Assembly (NCBI GenBank): GCA_024137785.1
Contig: JAHRHZ010000012.1
Coordinates: forward strand, 66,652,324 to 66,716,323
Direction: 5' to 3'
Source of the DNA: Ginglymostoma cirratum
Lineage: Eukaryota
Length of the DNA stretch: 64,000 nucleotides
Part shown: piece by piece, positions 11,144 through 23,139 of the stretch
How positions within the stretch are numbered: the first letter of the stretch is position 1
Layout of the letters: each line of letters starts with the position of its first letter
Position numbers and translations under genes: made by a program
Notes under the pieces: generated by a model
The model's input: the letters and a program-made list of their open reading frames with translations, nothing else
Databases searched by the model: none
What the model was told of the DNA's origin: nothing

Positions 11144-14100
11144 CTCACTTCAGTCGAATCTCCCTTCTCAATTAAAATAATCTTTTCCCTCCTTAATTCT
11201 TTTCCCGGTAAAGCAGAACATTCAGTAGCAGATGGTTTGGGATAAATATGCTCTGCCACCTTTTCACTTTCACTCAAATCTTCGTGTGAAATGTTGGCCT
11301 CCCTCACAGAGAACTGGGATGAAGTGCTCTCAGTTTCACTGTCGCTTAGCTCGTCTGTAGATACAGTTCTTGTCGAATACGTTATAACATTTATTTCTGA
11401 AGACCTATGATGCATGGCATCATAGTCAGTCTCAGATTCTTCAGTGTTATCTGCACTGGTTTCATTAGAAATGAGATTTGTTGCCTTCAGCTCTTTAATT
11501 GAATGCTCTGAACCAGATTTGCTCATTTCTTTCCTACAAGGATATTCCTCAGGTGAGGTGTCTGACAGTTCATTTAAATCTATTATTTTTCCACTCTGTT
11601 GATCTTTAGTTGGTTTCTCATCCAAATGTGCCCCCCCTTGATTTTGATCATTGTTCCCTATAAACTGGGCATCAGGGGCACTGTATGCTGAAGGTAAGCT
11701 ACCAGAAAATCTCTCAGAGTTACTCGTTTCATTTCCACTGATTCTTGGTTGAATCGCAGCTGAAGGAAGTGTTGAAAAATCATCTTCAAAATCTTTTTTT
11801 ATAATATCTGTATTCAGATTTGCGGCCAGACTTTTAGTTTGCTGGCTATTTGGCACTTCTTCACAAAGTCTTTTGCTTCCAGCTACAATTATATAGTCCA
11901 TTTCTCCTGTGTCATGGTCTTTATCAGATGTCACGCTAAAATCATTGGTGCCAAGTTCACCTGAGTTCACCTGGGTTTGGCAATTACCCACATTGTCAAC
12001 ATCTGGTGAACCGTTACCAATCTCAATACAGGAAACTGGAGAGTTGAGTGAAGAAACCAAGGAACTGTACTGGTTATCAACCCTTTGTTCCAAAAGGGGA
12101 ACACTTCTTTTGCTGCAGGGGTCTGACAATTGCTCTGCAGTTTCCACTCTTACTTCACTTCCTGCCATCTCTTTATGCCTCTCTGTTGCAATAGCACTCT
12201 CAGAAACAGAAACATGTGAAAATCCTTCAGGAACTACACTACAATCCTGGGGACTAAGGTCTTCCCAAAAGTCTGATTTATGGATACTAGATGATAAGCT
12301 ACAGGAAGTCTCGTTGCTGTTACTGCCGCTATTTGTAATTCCAAATGAATGCCACGCACTTTCTTGAACATTTTGCACCACTTGCTCTGTTTCCATATTA
12401 CTTTGGTTTGACATATCAGTGTTAGGCTGCACGACAGTACCATCTGCTGGTGGAAACATATTTCTGTCTTCTGTAACCTTCGTTGAAGTTTTCAGTGAAT
12501 CTGGTTGCCTTACAGATTCACAAGCACCATGGACAAATGCATCTTCAAATATGTCTGATTTAGTGTCTCTATTAAAACTTTGAACTTCAGGACGAATTGG
12601 CTGAGATCCCTCATCACTAATTTTGGATGTTTTCTGTCTTGTAACCAACTCATCCTTCATGATTTTGGAAGCACTGATACTTGGAGATGAAATCGTATCA
12701 TTCAAATGATTAGCCTCTGTTACTGTCTGAGAAAAATCTCTCAGCGGTTCCATATTCAAAATATTTTCTTCTGATACAGAGAAGTATTCCATCATTTCTG
12801 GATCATATATATCTGTGTCCAGACTATAGCTAGATGTAGCAGAAGTAAAATAGTCATCTGCACATCTGGATTTTGAAAAAAGGTGTTCATTTTCTCTTAT
12901 CCCATCATTTTTACTATATGAATTATTGTCTTGGTAAAGATTAGGATAATTGTCTTTTGAAATACTGCCCTGTTGCTCTTTAGTTAGCAGGAATGAATCT
13001 AAGCTTTCATCCTGTGGAGGTACAGGTGGCGTATCATGTGTTTTCTTTATACACAAAACATTGTTTTCAGCACCTGAGACTTCAAACTGCTTAGCTTCTC
13101 CCCAGGAAATGTCATTTTCACAAAGTAATGCACTATCCCCAGTAACAGGAATTTCCTCCACTGGATGCTGCAAATTTTCTTCGTGAGCTACAACGTCTCT
13201 GTCCTGTGTAAATTTATGATTTTCTAAATCATAATAACGTATTCTCTCTTGATATTTACCCTGTGAACCTGGACCTTTCATGACTGCTTCAGCAGCATCT
13301 TCTCCGAACTGAATCCAAGCATCAGGACGAACAAAAAAATGTTGCTCATCTTCTTGTACAGAATCAAACTTGGTTTGATTTAATTCTGTCAGATCTTTAT
13401 TTTTATCAAATGTTTGTTTTGCTGTAACAAAATCTTCTCCTGATTCAATGCAACCATCAGCATGTTTTGTCTCCTTCTGGTTGTTTAATTGTACTTTACA
13501 TGACTGTGCATCCACAGCAACGAAGGGCGAATGGCTTGCTTGTTGCACTAATTCATTATGTACATACTGACATTGATCATTGAGAGGAGATTCAGCCAAC
13601 TCACATGAAGCAACATTGTCTGATATTGATAGACATGACTGCTGTCCAGTTACATCCATTATATCAGGAAGTTCAGTCTTCAGTTCAGCAGGTTTTCCAT
13701 CCGACTCCATCCACATATCTGGATTTCCCAATTCTTGCTTTTCTGCCTCAACCAATTCATTCCATCTATCAGGGCTGTTTGGAGTTGAATGGCTGGAATC
13801 TAATTCATGATCATTCAAAATATCAGGATTTACAGTAGTTGAATCAAAAAACAAATGATCAGATTTAGCCCACAAATCAGGATTCGCTGAAGAAATCTGA
13901 TGTGCATCTTGGTGATAGTCATTGACAATATCAGGAGCATTTTCATCTTGTTCGACTAACTCCTGCTCAAATTCAGTACATGCATCGTTACTAGTGGGAA
14001 GCAACTTGGGAAATTCATATTTTGAGTCTATCCAAGTGTTGGGAATATCAGTGCAAGAACGGTTATACTCATCTTCTACAGGTTGGTTAGAATCAAGTGC

Positions 14101-17100
14101 ATTTGATTGCTCTTGTTCAAACCTTTTTGAGATAGCGAAATCGGTTGTTGCCTGGATAAACTCAAAGTCAGAGTCGTGAAAATTATCAGCATTCTTTACA
14201 GCTTGTAGTTTGTCTTCTTCCATTGGTCTTCTGCAGATATCAGTGCCTGCTGGATAATCTTGTGGTATTTCAGAGGCTAACAATTGGCTACCCTGTTCTT
14301 TACAATGTATATCAAGAATGCTGAGCACTGGCTGTTCTGTTTTCTGTCTAGATATTTCCCAATTTTCTTCTAGGTCAGAATAAGAAAATTCTTCACATTT
14401 GCTCTGTGAATTTGAAAATTTTTCATTCAGCTCAGAACCTTTCTGTTGTAACTGATTCCATGTCTGAGGAGCTGAAGAGGTTTGCTGGTTATCCATTTCT
14501 ACCATTTCAAAATCAGAGGATCTGGAGAATTTATAGTCTGGTAATCTCCCTTCAATTTCATAATCACGGCCTACGTGAGGCTGCCTTGCAGCGGGCTGAC
14601 TGACTTCCTGCACTTGATTGAACTGGAGTTCTTGACGTATGAATGTGGATTCATCAATATCCTTTTCAAAAACACTCCATGGATGATGTGTCCCTGTCAA
14701 ATGTTGGCTGCTCTCTTGTATATATCCGTCTTCTGTGTATGGATTTTCAGTTGCAGAATATCTATTATTCAGATCCGAATTTACCATTTTATCTAAAGCT
14801 TCTGCACTTTGTTGACTGATCTTCTCAATATGTTTGTCACTTCCCTCTAGACTTTCAAAAGGTGAATTGCTGCAATGTTCAAATTCATTCCATACAACTG
14901 AAGTATTTGGAGATGTTTGTTTGCATTCTCCTGGGTTCAATGACTCTACCATTTCAAACGCTGCCTGATTGCGACTAATTGTAGCTTGCCTTCCTTCCTG
15001 CATATATTCAGCGCTTGGAGTGGTAGTTTCAAATATTGGCTGAGTAATAGCTTGCTCTGTTTCATTCCCTTCCTGACTTGCCTGATTAATGCTGTTTATT
15101 TGCTTACTCAATAGATTAGAATTACTCAATAGTGACTTTTCAGGATCATGTAGAGCAATTTTCCATATTTCAACATTATTTTCCTGGAAACGTTCATCCC
15201 ATAAATCTGTATGTTCAAAGGTTAACTGTCTTTTCTCCTTTTCAGGACAAAACTCTAGATCATGCTCACATGTAGTCGGAGGGACATGCTTTGCCATCCT
15301 TAATTTTTCACTTTCAGAAGTTAAATTGCCGGGTTTGAGGTCAAATGTATCGAAAATTTCACCAGTCAACTGGGTTTTATTTGTAGATTCATTCCCTATA
15401 ATTGTATTTACAGCAACTGGCAAATTACTCTCCAGTTCAGAATCACTTAACGTTGTGGGCATTTGTGATGCAAAGAGTTGAGAATCTTCTATAGACTCTG
15501 CGCAGGTATCTGGGCTTTCAGTGTTTAATTGTTGGATTTTATGCTCGAAATCCTTTGAAATATCTGGAAGTTTTCCATGAGGTTGTACAACTTCATGCAC
15601 TGGTTCACTCCAAATAAACGTATTTTCTACTGCGGCCGTACACTGCTTCTGTTCGGAACCTATATGTGAACTGTCTATACCTTGCTGTTTGTCCTGTTGA
15701 ACTGGTAACGTTGTTGTGTTTAACGATTTGGGTACTATTAAATTTTTGGTTCTAAATTTGTAACAAGGGTCAAAATTATCAATACCTGACAAATTTGCAT
15801 CTGTCACAGATTTGCTCCAGTTGTTAGAAGTGTTCGAGATCAATTGAGTTTTGTCTAATTCATCACATGAATCGGCTTTAGCAGAGGTTGATTGGAAAAT
15901 GCTTGGTTCAGTTATATTCCACTGATCATCAACATTTTTCATAACTGATTGCTTAGACTGCCTATCAATTTCACTCCAGATATCACATTGGGTAACATTA
16001 GATTGACTGAATTCCTGATCAAAATCTGTCCAAAAATCAGGAGATTGCTCAAGTACATTTAGTTTATTTTGGTTTTCATTCCAGATATCTTTTGGGCTTG
16101 GCACATTCTGTTTCACACTAATTTCAAATTCTTTCTGTTCTCCCGTATGCATAGAATCTGACTGATCAGAGTCAAGAATAACAATTTCGTTCATTTTCTC
16201 GATGACATCTTCTGCAAAAATATTATGAGGCCCTTCAATCGGGGGTGAGCCATCTACAAGACTGTTCATAGGTGTTGGGGGGACATTCTTATCTTCAATT
16301 TGTGATCCAATTATATCATCAGAAAGGTTTTGAGGAAGTAAAGAAATATTAGCCACATGGGATCTAACAACTTGTTGCAGCATTTGATCTTCTCCTGACT
16401 TATCACTGGCACTTTCTTGTTTGTAAACATGAACATTCTCTGCTTTTACCAGGTCAGCTTCTGGACTGGTTTCTTCTGATATTTCTGTAGAAGGTTTAGA
16501 CCAATTACAATTTAGTGGAACGTCTTCCACAATATTTTTTTGAGGGGCAGAATCTAACTTCGACAAAAACTCTTCATTATTTCCTGTAACATCAGCATGA
16601 GTGTCAGTGCAATGTGATGGATCAAGGACAGACAAATCAAAATTATCATTCATACTGACAACCGATGCTATCTTTTCCTCTGCTAATTCATCTTCAGGTA
16701 GCGAACCAAACATATCATATCCATGTACAACACTAGAGGGTGGCACAACTGCTTCTCGTATTGGGCTTTCATCACTGAGAAAAACAGAACTTTCTTTAGA
16801 TGACCGATTGCTTCGGATAGTGGCCAATCCGCTGTCTGGACTCATTAGATCTAAATTGCCATCGCCATGGGCCTGCAATGAAGAGTTCAAATTCTGAGAA
16901 TTTTCCAATGAATTATCACCAATATATTCAGTATTCTGGGAATCTACATCAGGACCAGATAAGTCTAGAGCACCAGACGATCCTTCTGAAACTGGAGCAC
17001 TGCCATTGACAGCTTCAGTGGAAGAAGTTCTCCTGTTCATTACCATTTCTTGCTGTCGCCTATAGATACAGTCTTTGATCAGTGGGAGCATTTGCTTGCA

Positions 17101-17208
17101 TGAAACTGAAGAGCTCCCTTGCTGATAGGCTCTGATTTCCTGCAACCCATATTCTATGGGCAATAGCTGTAGACACGGACTCTGACACTCCTCTAATGTA
17201 TTGCATAT
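11144..17208 (-). CDS. PRUNE2: PRUNE2 giant exon (6065 bp): end of DHHA2 domain plus long acidic disordered region
   Basis: The acceptor gtttgacag|ATATGC gives ICNTLEECQSPCLQLLP, in frame with the 2007-aa ORF. It contains the PRUNE2 hallmarks SPDSGLATIRSNRSSKESSVFLSDESP and PPTPMNSLVDGSP. The donor is AG|gtaatt at 11144. Confidence 0.92.
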
Positions 17209-17644
17209 CTGTCAAACAATGAAAATATCGATTAACACTTGATTTTAATGAGCCTATCTAGTATAATTTGTTAAACAATTGCTGTTAGTATAACAGGTCG
17301 GAACACTAGATCTCCGTTTTCTGGAACTTAGAAGTTATATTTTGCTATTTAATTCATGTACTGTGCCATTCCAATCAGAAAACAAAGTCGTTACATAGAA
17401 ACAGAAACAGAACAGCTATTTTTCTTTATAGTTTGCGAAACAAAAAATAAACCTCTATAAAACAAAAATCAAAATCACATGAATAAAATGAATGATGAAA
17501 CAAATAAAGATATTCCGGACCAGAAAGCAGAATTTTCGTCTTTTATATGAACACAGAAATTTCAACAATGTCAATTGATTTGGTGCCAAGTTTAAGTATT
17601 ACTCCAAGTAATCAATGTCCACCCAACAAAGTCTTCAGAATATT

Positions 17645-18610
17645 TTTATTCATTCAAAGGACATAGGCATTGTTGGAAAGTCAGGAATTATTTGCCCATT
17701 TCCAACTGTCCAAGGTGACAGTGAGCAACTTCCCTGAACTGCTATAGGCCACATCATGTAGATTCACCTACAGAGTTGCTAGACTGGAAGTTCCAGGATT
17801 TTTAACGCAGCTACAATGAAGTATCAGTGATATATTTCCAAGTCAAGATGGGAGTGACATTTGGACAGGAATCTGCAGGTGTTAGTGCTCCCATGTGATT
17901 GATGCCTATGTCTTTCTATGCTAAAGAGCTCTTGGTTTCAGAAGGTGCTGTTGAAAATATTTTACCATGGAGCTGCAGTGCATCTTGTAGATCATACACA
18001 CCTCAGCAGACAGGAATGTTAGGCATCTTGAGTGTTGTTAGACACACATTCATTCAGACAAAAGACAGTGTGCCATAATACTTCTGATTTGTACCTTATA
18101 GATAGCGGAGTGATTGTCAGAAGTCAGATAGTGTGTTATTCGCCACCCAAGTTATCGCATTTCATCCTTTGTTTCCAGACTTTGGCTCACAAGAACTATA
18201 GAACAGCCAGCTTCTGACCTACTTTTATAGCCTCAGTGTTGATGTAGCTGCTTTCATTGAGTTTCGGTCAATGGTGGTCCCTAGAACATTGCTGGAGGTT
18301 GATTCAGTGATGTTAATACAATCACATGTTGACAAGGCATGGCTAGATTCTGTCTTGTTGAAAACGTTCTGTGACTAGCATCTGTTGCATGAATGTTACT
18401 TAATCAACCAGACACTGAATGTTATACATGCCTTGCTGCATGCAATGGGAGAAGTTGGAAGGTCAGAAAGTCTTGCTTCAGAATGTGAGAAGTTGCGAAT
18501 GAAACTGAATATTGTGCAATCATCAGCTAGCATCCCCATTTGTGACCGTACGGTAAAGGCAAGGTTAGTGAAGAAGCTGAAGATTGTTGAAATAAAGAAA
18601 CTAGCTTTTC
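17645..18610 (-). mobile_element. Old L2/CR1-group LINE 3' remnant
   Basis: Degenerate TTATTGCCCATT..GTGAGCAACTTCCCTGAACTGC..GAGTTCCAGGATTTT tail resembling common shark LINE 3' ends. No intact ORF. Confidence 0.45.
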
Positions 18611-18619
18611 AAGACTAGG

Positions 18620-18940
18620 CGGCACATTTTTAACATGACAGGAGAGAGATTTTTTTTAAAAAGGCACAACAGACAATTTTGCGTTTACACAGAGGGTGGT
18701 TCGCATTTGGAATAAACTTCCTGATGAAGTGGTGAATGCAGCATAGTCACTGTCACACAGCACAGAAACAGACCCTTCGGTCCGACCAGTCCATGCTGAA
18801 CATAATTCCAAACTAAATGAGTCCTATCTGCCTGCTCCTGGCACATATCCTTCCAAACCTTTCCTATTCATATATCCATCCAAACTTCTTCAGCATGGAC
18901 TGGTTGGACCAAAGAGTCTGTTTCTGTGCTGTGTGACTCC
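18620..18940. mobile_element. CR1/HE1 tail fragments in inverted arrangement
   Basis: Plus-strand CR1 tail (TTTACACAGAGGGTGGTT..GTGGTGAATGCAG). 18752-18800 and ~18889-18938 are reverse complements of each other. Confidence 0.65.
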
Positions 18941-20344
18941 TCTGAATGTATCCAATTTCTCACATTGGGAGAGCCTCATAATGCATTGTAAGGTGTCCTC
19001 AGTAAGAGAGTCGAAATTTCTACCAACATATGAAAAGGTGTTACAACTGTGACAGGAAGTATGTATGATAACCAAACCCCACTATCATCAAAAAATTCAA
19101 GCAGTCTGGTGATGTTTTTATGAAATTAAAATAATCTGTTTATGATGAAAAATAGGCTTAAAGCAAAGGACAGCTACTGAAAAGCACAGAAGCAATCACT
19201 CACTGGAAACAAGTCTCTGCAGAAATGATGGACTTTCTTTTAAAAAAAAAGGGGGCAAAAGGGAAAAATGCATTCTTGTGGGCCAAAATCTGGAAACAGT
19301 AACATCTGAGGATTTCTCACATCCACTGAGCATCCTGTTAACGCAACTGAATTATTGACAACCATATAACCGTGAAAGATGTCCAGTTCTGATTCCAATC
19401 AACACGGAATCACGTTGTTGAATTTTTTTTTTAAAACAGTCCACTGCTTCAAGTTATACCATGTAGACAGAAATATTGGTATTTGAAAACTCTTAAGTTC
19501 GTAGGAATGTCTTCCTAAAAACAAAACACATTGCAGCTTCTGGGGTTCTTCTTTGCTCCCTGACTTTTGGGTCTGCAAAAAAACAGAATTGTAGGCTTGA
19601 CAGTGTTGCTAGGAGACCAATAAAATGGACTCCTAAACATCTCAAAGACAGTTTCCTTTCCAGTAATTATGGCTAGAAACCCCTTGTCTCATCTCCTTGT
19701 ACACTATGCTTATCCACTTTCCCAAATTCAGTTGATTTCGTTAAGAATAGCAAGTGGCTTCGAGCACGCATTAAACTTTTGACTTCATGAATTAGTTAAG
19801 TGTGTCAAGCCCCAAGTTCTGTTGGACATAATTCCAAGACATCACTGTATCCTTTGCATGTAAGAGAATGTTCAAATAATTCCATCTCGTTCCAACTTCC
19901 TTCAAACAGTCCATAATTATTCACAACAAAAGCTGCATCACGAGCAACTGAGCCTCTTCTGGGGATGGAAGTTGAAGTGCCTGTCAGAGTACATTCTTTC
20001 TATATTCAGTACTTTGTCCAGAGGTGTTTTATATGTAGTTTCAAAGAGTCATCAGTTGAGGGAGGAGGGTAGAAGTTCAGTGGCAATTAGAAAAATGTTT
20101 GGTTGCCTACAGTTAACTTGTTGCCGCAAGTCATCATGGGATGCGGTGTAAATTTTGAAGACACCCAGGGCCAGAACCTCCTGACTTTACAGCACTTACT
20201 GTCACCTCTGCTTGGTTTGTTCTGCCATAGAACATAATCAGTGATGGTGATGGATATGATTCAGTGAAGCTTGTTACGTTATATTGGCAAAGAAGCAGTC
20301 TATGAAACAGCTCTCATAATTTTGACACAAATCCCTTTATGTTA

Positions 20345-21199
20345 ACAAGCGTGGGGCTGGATGAACACAGCAGGTCAAGCAGCATCATAGGAGCAGGAAA
20401 ACTTGACGTTTCGGGCCTAGACCCTTCATCAGAAATGGGGGAGGGGAGATTTTGAAGCTTGTGAAATCCACATTGATACCATTGGGCTGCAGGGTTCCCA
20501 GGCTGAATATGATTTGCTGTTCCTGCAGCCTTCGGGTGGCATCACTGTGGCATTGTAGGAGGCCCAGGATGGACATGTCATCTGAGGAATGGGAGGCGGA
20601 GTTGAAATGGTTCGCGAACTGAGCGCAGGTGTTCTGCAAAGCGGTCCTCAAGCCTCCGCTTGGTTTCCCCGATGTAGAGGAAGCCACAACGGGTACAGCA
20701 GTTGCAGTACACCACACTGGCAGATGTGCAGGTGAACATCTGCCTGATGTGGAAAGTCTTCTTGGGGCCTGGGATTGGGGTGAGGGAGGAGGTGTGGGGG
20801 CAGGTGTAGCACTTCCTGCGGTTGCAGGGAAAAGTGCCGGGTGTGGTGGGGCTGGAGGGGAGTGAACATCATCCCGCCCCCTTGACCTGTCCGTCCTCCC
20901 TGGACTGACCTATCTCCTCCCTACCCCCCCTACCTACACTCACCTTTACTGGCTCCATCCCCGCCTCTTTGACTTGTCTGCCTCCTCTCCACCTATCCTC
21001 TCCTCTATCCATCCTCTATCCGCCTCCCCCACTCTCCCTATTTATTTTAGAACCCTCTTCCCCTCCCCCATTTCTGATGAAGGGTCTAGGCCTGAAACAG
21101 CAAGTTTTCCTGCTCCTATGATGCTGCTTGGCCTGCTGTGTTCATCCAGCCCCACACCTTGTTATCTCGGATTCTCCAGCATCTGCAGTACCTTTTATT
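20345..21199. mobile_element. Foldback Penelope-like insertion (family A, young) with 11-bp TSD
   Basis: Minus-strand pLTR/GIY-YIG segment (with internal deletions) joined to a plus-strand pLTR. CCTTTATGTTA occurs at 20334-20344 and 21200-21210. Confidence 0.85.
20405..20432 (-). ncRNA. Minimal hammerhead ribozyme motif in Penelope pLTR
   Basis: Minus strand reads CTGATGA-AGGGTCTAGGCCC-GAAA-CGTC. It has the CUGANGA and GAAA core boxes, a GGG(U)/(G)CCC helix II, a palindromic ACGU helix III and a GUC cleavage triplet. Confidence 0.7.
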
Positions 21200-21349
21200 C
21201 CTTTATGTTAGTGAGATTAACTTTGCGGGGTCAACTGGGCAGGTGTGCCTTTATCACGCCTGATTCTGATGCCTAAGTCAGTGCAGATAATTCATCAACT
21301 TTATCACTATTTGACATTTTCATAACAACCATATACAACTAGTTTGTTA

Positions 21350-21620
21350 GTGCAGTTACAAGACAGGCACATTGATGTAGTTCTGGAGTCACATGTAGGT
21401 CAGGTGGGCTAATGACTGCAGATTTCATTCCTTAAATGTCATGAGTGAACTAGAGAGCTTTTAGATATATATCTGGTAAATTCATAAAGATGACCTCGTA
21501 TTAGCTTGTTATTCCAAATGTATTTAATTAACTGAAGTTGATGTCTCCAGCTGTTGTGGTGGAATTTGAATTCATATTTCTGGATGTTTATTACTTCAGG
21601 TCTCGCGATTGTTGGTCCAG
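21350..21620 (-). mobile_element. Old SINE-like repeat
   Basis: GGAGTCACATGTAGGTCAGG..GCAGATTTCATTCCTTAAA..GTGGAATTTGAATTC resembles a common degenerate shark SINE in reverse orientation. Confidence 0.4.
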
Positions 21621-23139
21621 TATATATAAAGTCACTACCCACACCTATATATGGGGATATGTGCATGGAAAACTGTCAGATCAGTGAACCACTTCACTGG
21701 TTCCTGGGATCAGTTGATGGGGTAGAATACGTTGGCAGGTATATGGTGCTGTCTCTAAAATATGGGGTTCTCTCAAAGATTAAGATACAAGGGGTCTAAA
21801 ACCTGAAAACCAACCTGCCTCAAATCAATAGCTTTAATAGAGGCTGGACAAGGGGCTGGCAATTAGTCCACTTACAGGAGTCTGGTTGGTCATTTGGGAA
21901 TTACAAATGATGCACCGTGTTTTTATCGTAAGTCATTCTGTTTTTATCCACAATTTCCCAGACCACGGGAAACTCACCAGCTGAAAGAAGGCAGGAGAAG
22001 TTGAACCTATGCATTTTACTGCACTGCTCATGGGGTCAGAAGAAGCAAGAATGTGTCTTCCAGGCTCAACCAGGCATCCAATAGATACCTTCACTTCAGT
22101 GAGCCATCAGCTTTCCCTGACAACGTCCAACACTCTAAATAATCTTCATACTCCTCCCAAATTCCAAGGGTGGGCAAAGGAACCATGTCCCCACCTTCCC
22201 TCACAAAGCTCACTCCCACCACAGCCTGCAAACTGGCTTCCTGGCCAAGAGGCTTCAACCCTGTCCATCAGGCCTACTTTTTGAGTAGTAACATTACACA
22301 AAGCAATACTGCAGTTAAGTTCTGCATGGCACTGAGGGGGCTCAGTACTCTGGGTTTCTGAACCTCGTAACAGCTTCCCTCCTTAGCACCCATCTCCACA
22401 TTAAAATTCAGGCCATGACCTCAGAGATATTTCTTTCTATTTTCATTTCATAAATAAGGCACCTCACATTTAAAGGCAGATAGAGGGGGCAAAAAAATCT
22501 GAGAAACAGTAAAATCCGTTCAAGCATTTTTGGAGCAGTGTTCTGTACAAGACTGAAAAAAAACTTGTTAATAAAAGGTTTCCCCACTATTACAGGCTGC
22601 TTTTATGCAGGGGCACAAACGGAGGACGTTTCATGTTATTTCCTGATGTGAACTAATGCTTGTTTGCTACCAAATTATAGAGATTTTAGTGTAAACTAGA
22701 GTTTCTTTCTGAGAGCTCACGAGCATGGCTCGTGGGACAACACAAGGAAATTCAGTCCAGTAAACTATGAAATAACTCAAATGTAAAGACCCTGTCTTTT
22801 TATTTCTCTGTATTTTTAATTCAGTGCTAAAATGAGCAAATAATTGTTTTAAAACGAAGAATTGCTGGAGGATTGTTTTATATTTTGTGTATTCAAATAA
22901 CCTCGCACTCATTGTAAGTACTGGTTACACAGCTGTCTGTTCGAACCAGGGTTAAAGCGTGGCTGCAGGCAAACTGGAGCCAAAGAATTATACACAAATA
23001 GAGCTTTGGTTAGCAACAAATAGATGACTGGTTTGTGGACAAGTCATCAGCTATTGATGATAAATGCCTTCTGTTTGCCAACAACTGTGATTGGTTCTTA
23101 GTTAGTGGAATAGTTTGGTAACAGGATGCAGAAAAGCCA

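Noticed and set aside
11909-16897. Plus-strand ORFs overlapping the giant exon
   Set aside because: These are short shadow ORFs antisense to a real coding exon.
11140-17163. 2007-aa ORF as a stand-alone intronless gene
   Set aside because: It starts at TTG, extends upstream to a splice acceptor at 17208 and joins the DHHA2 exon in frame. It is an internal exon.
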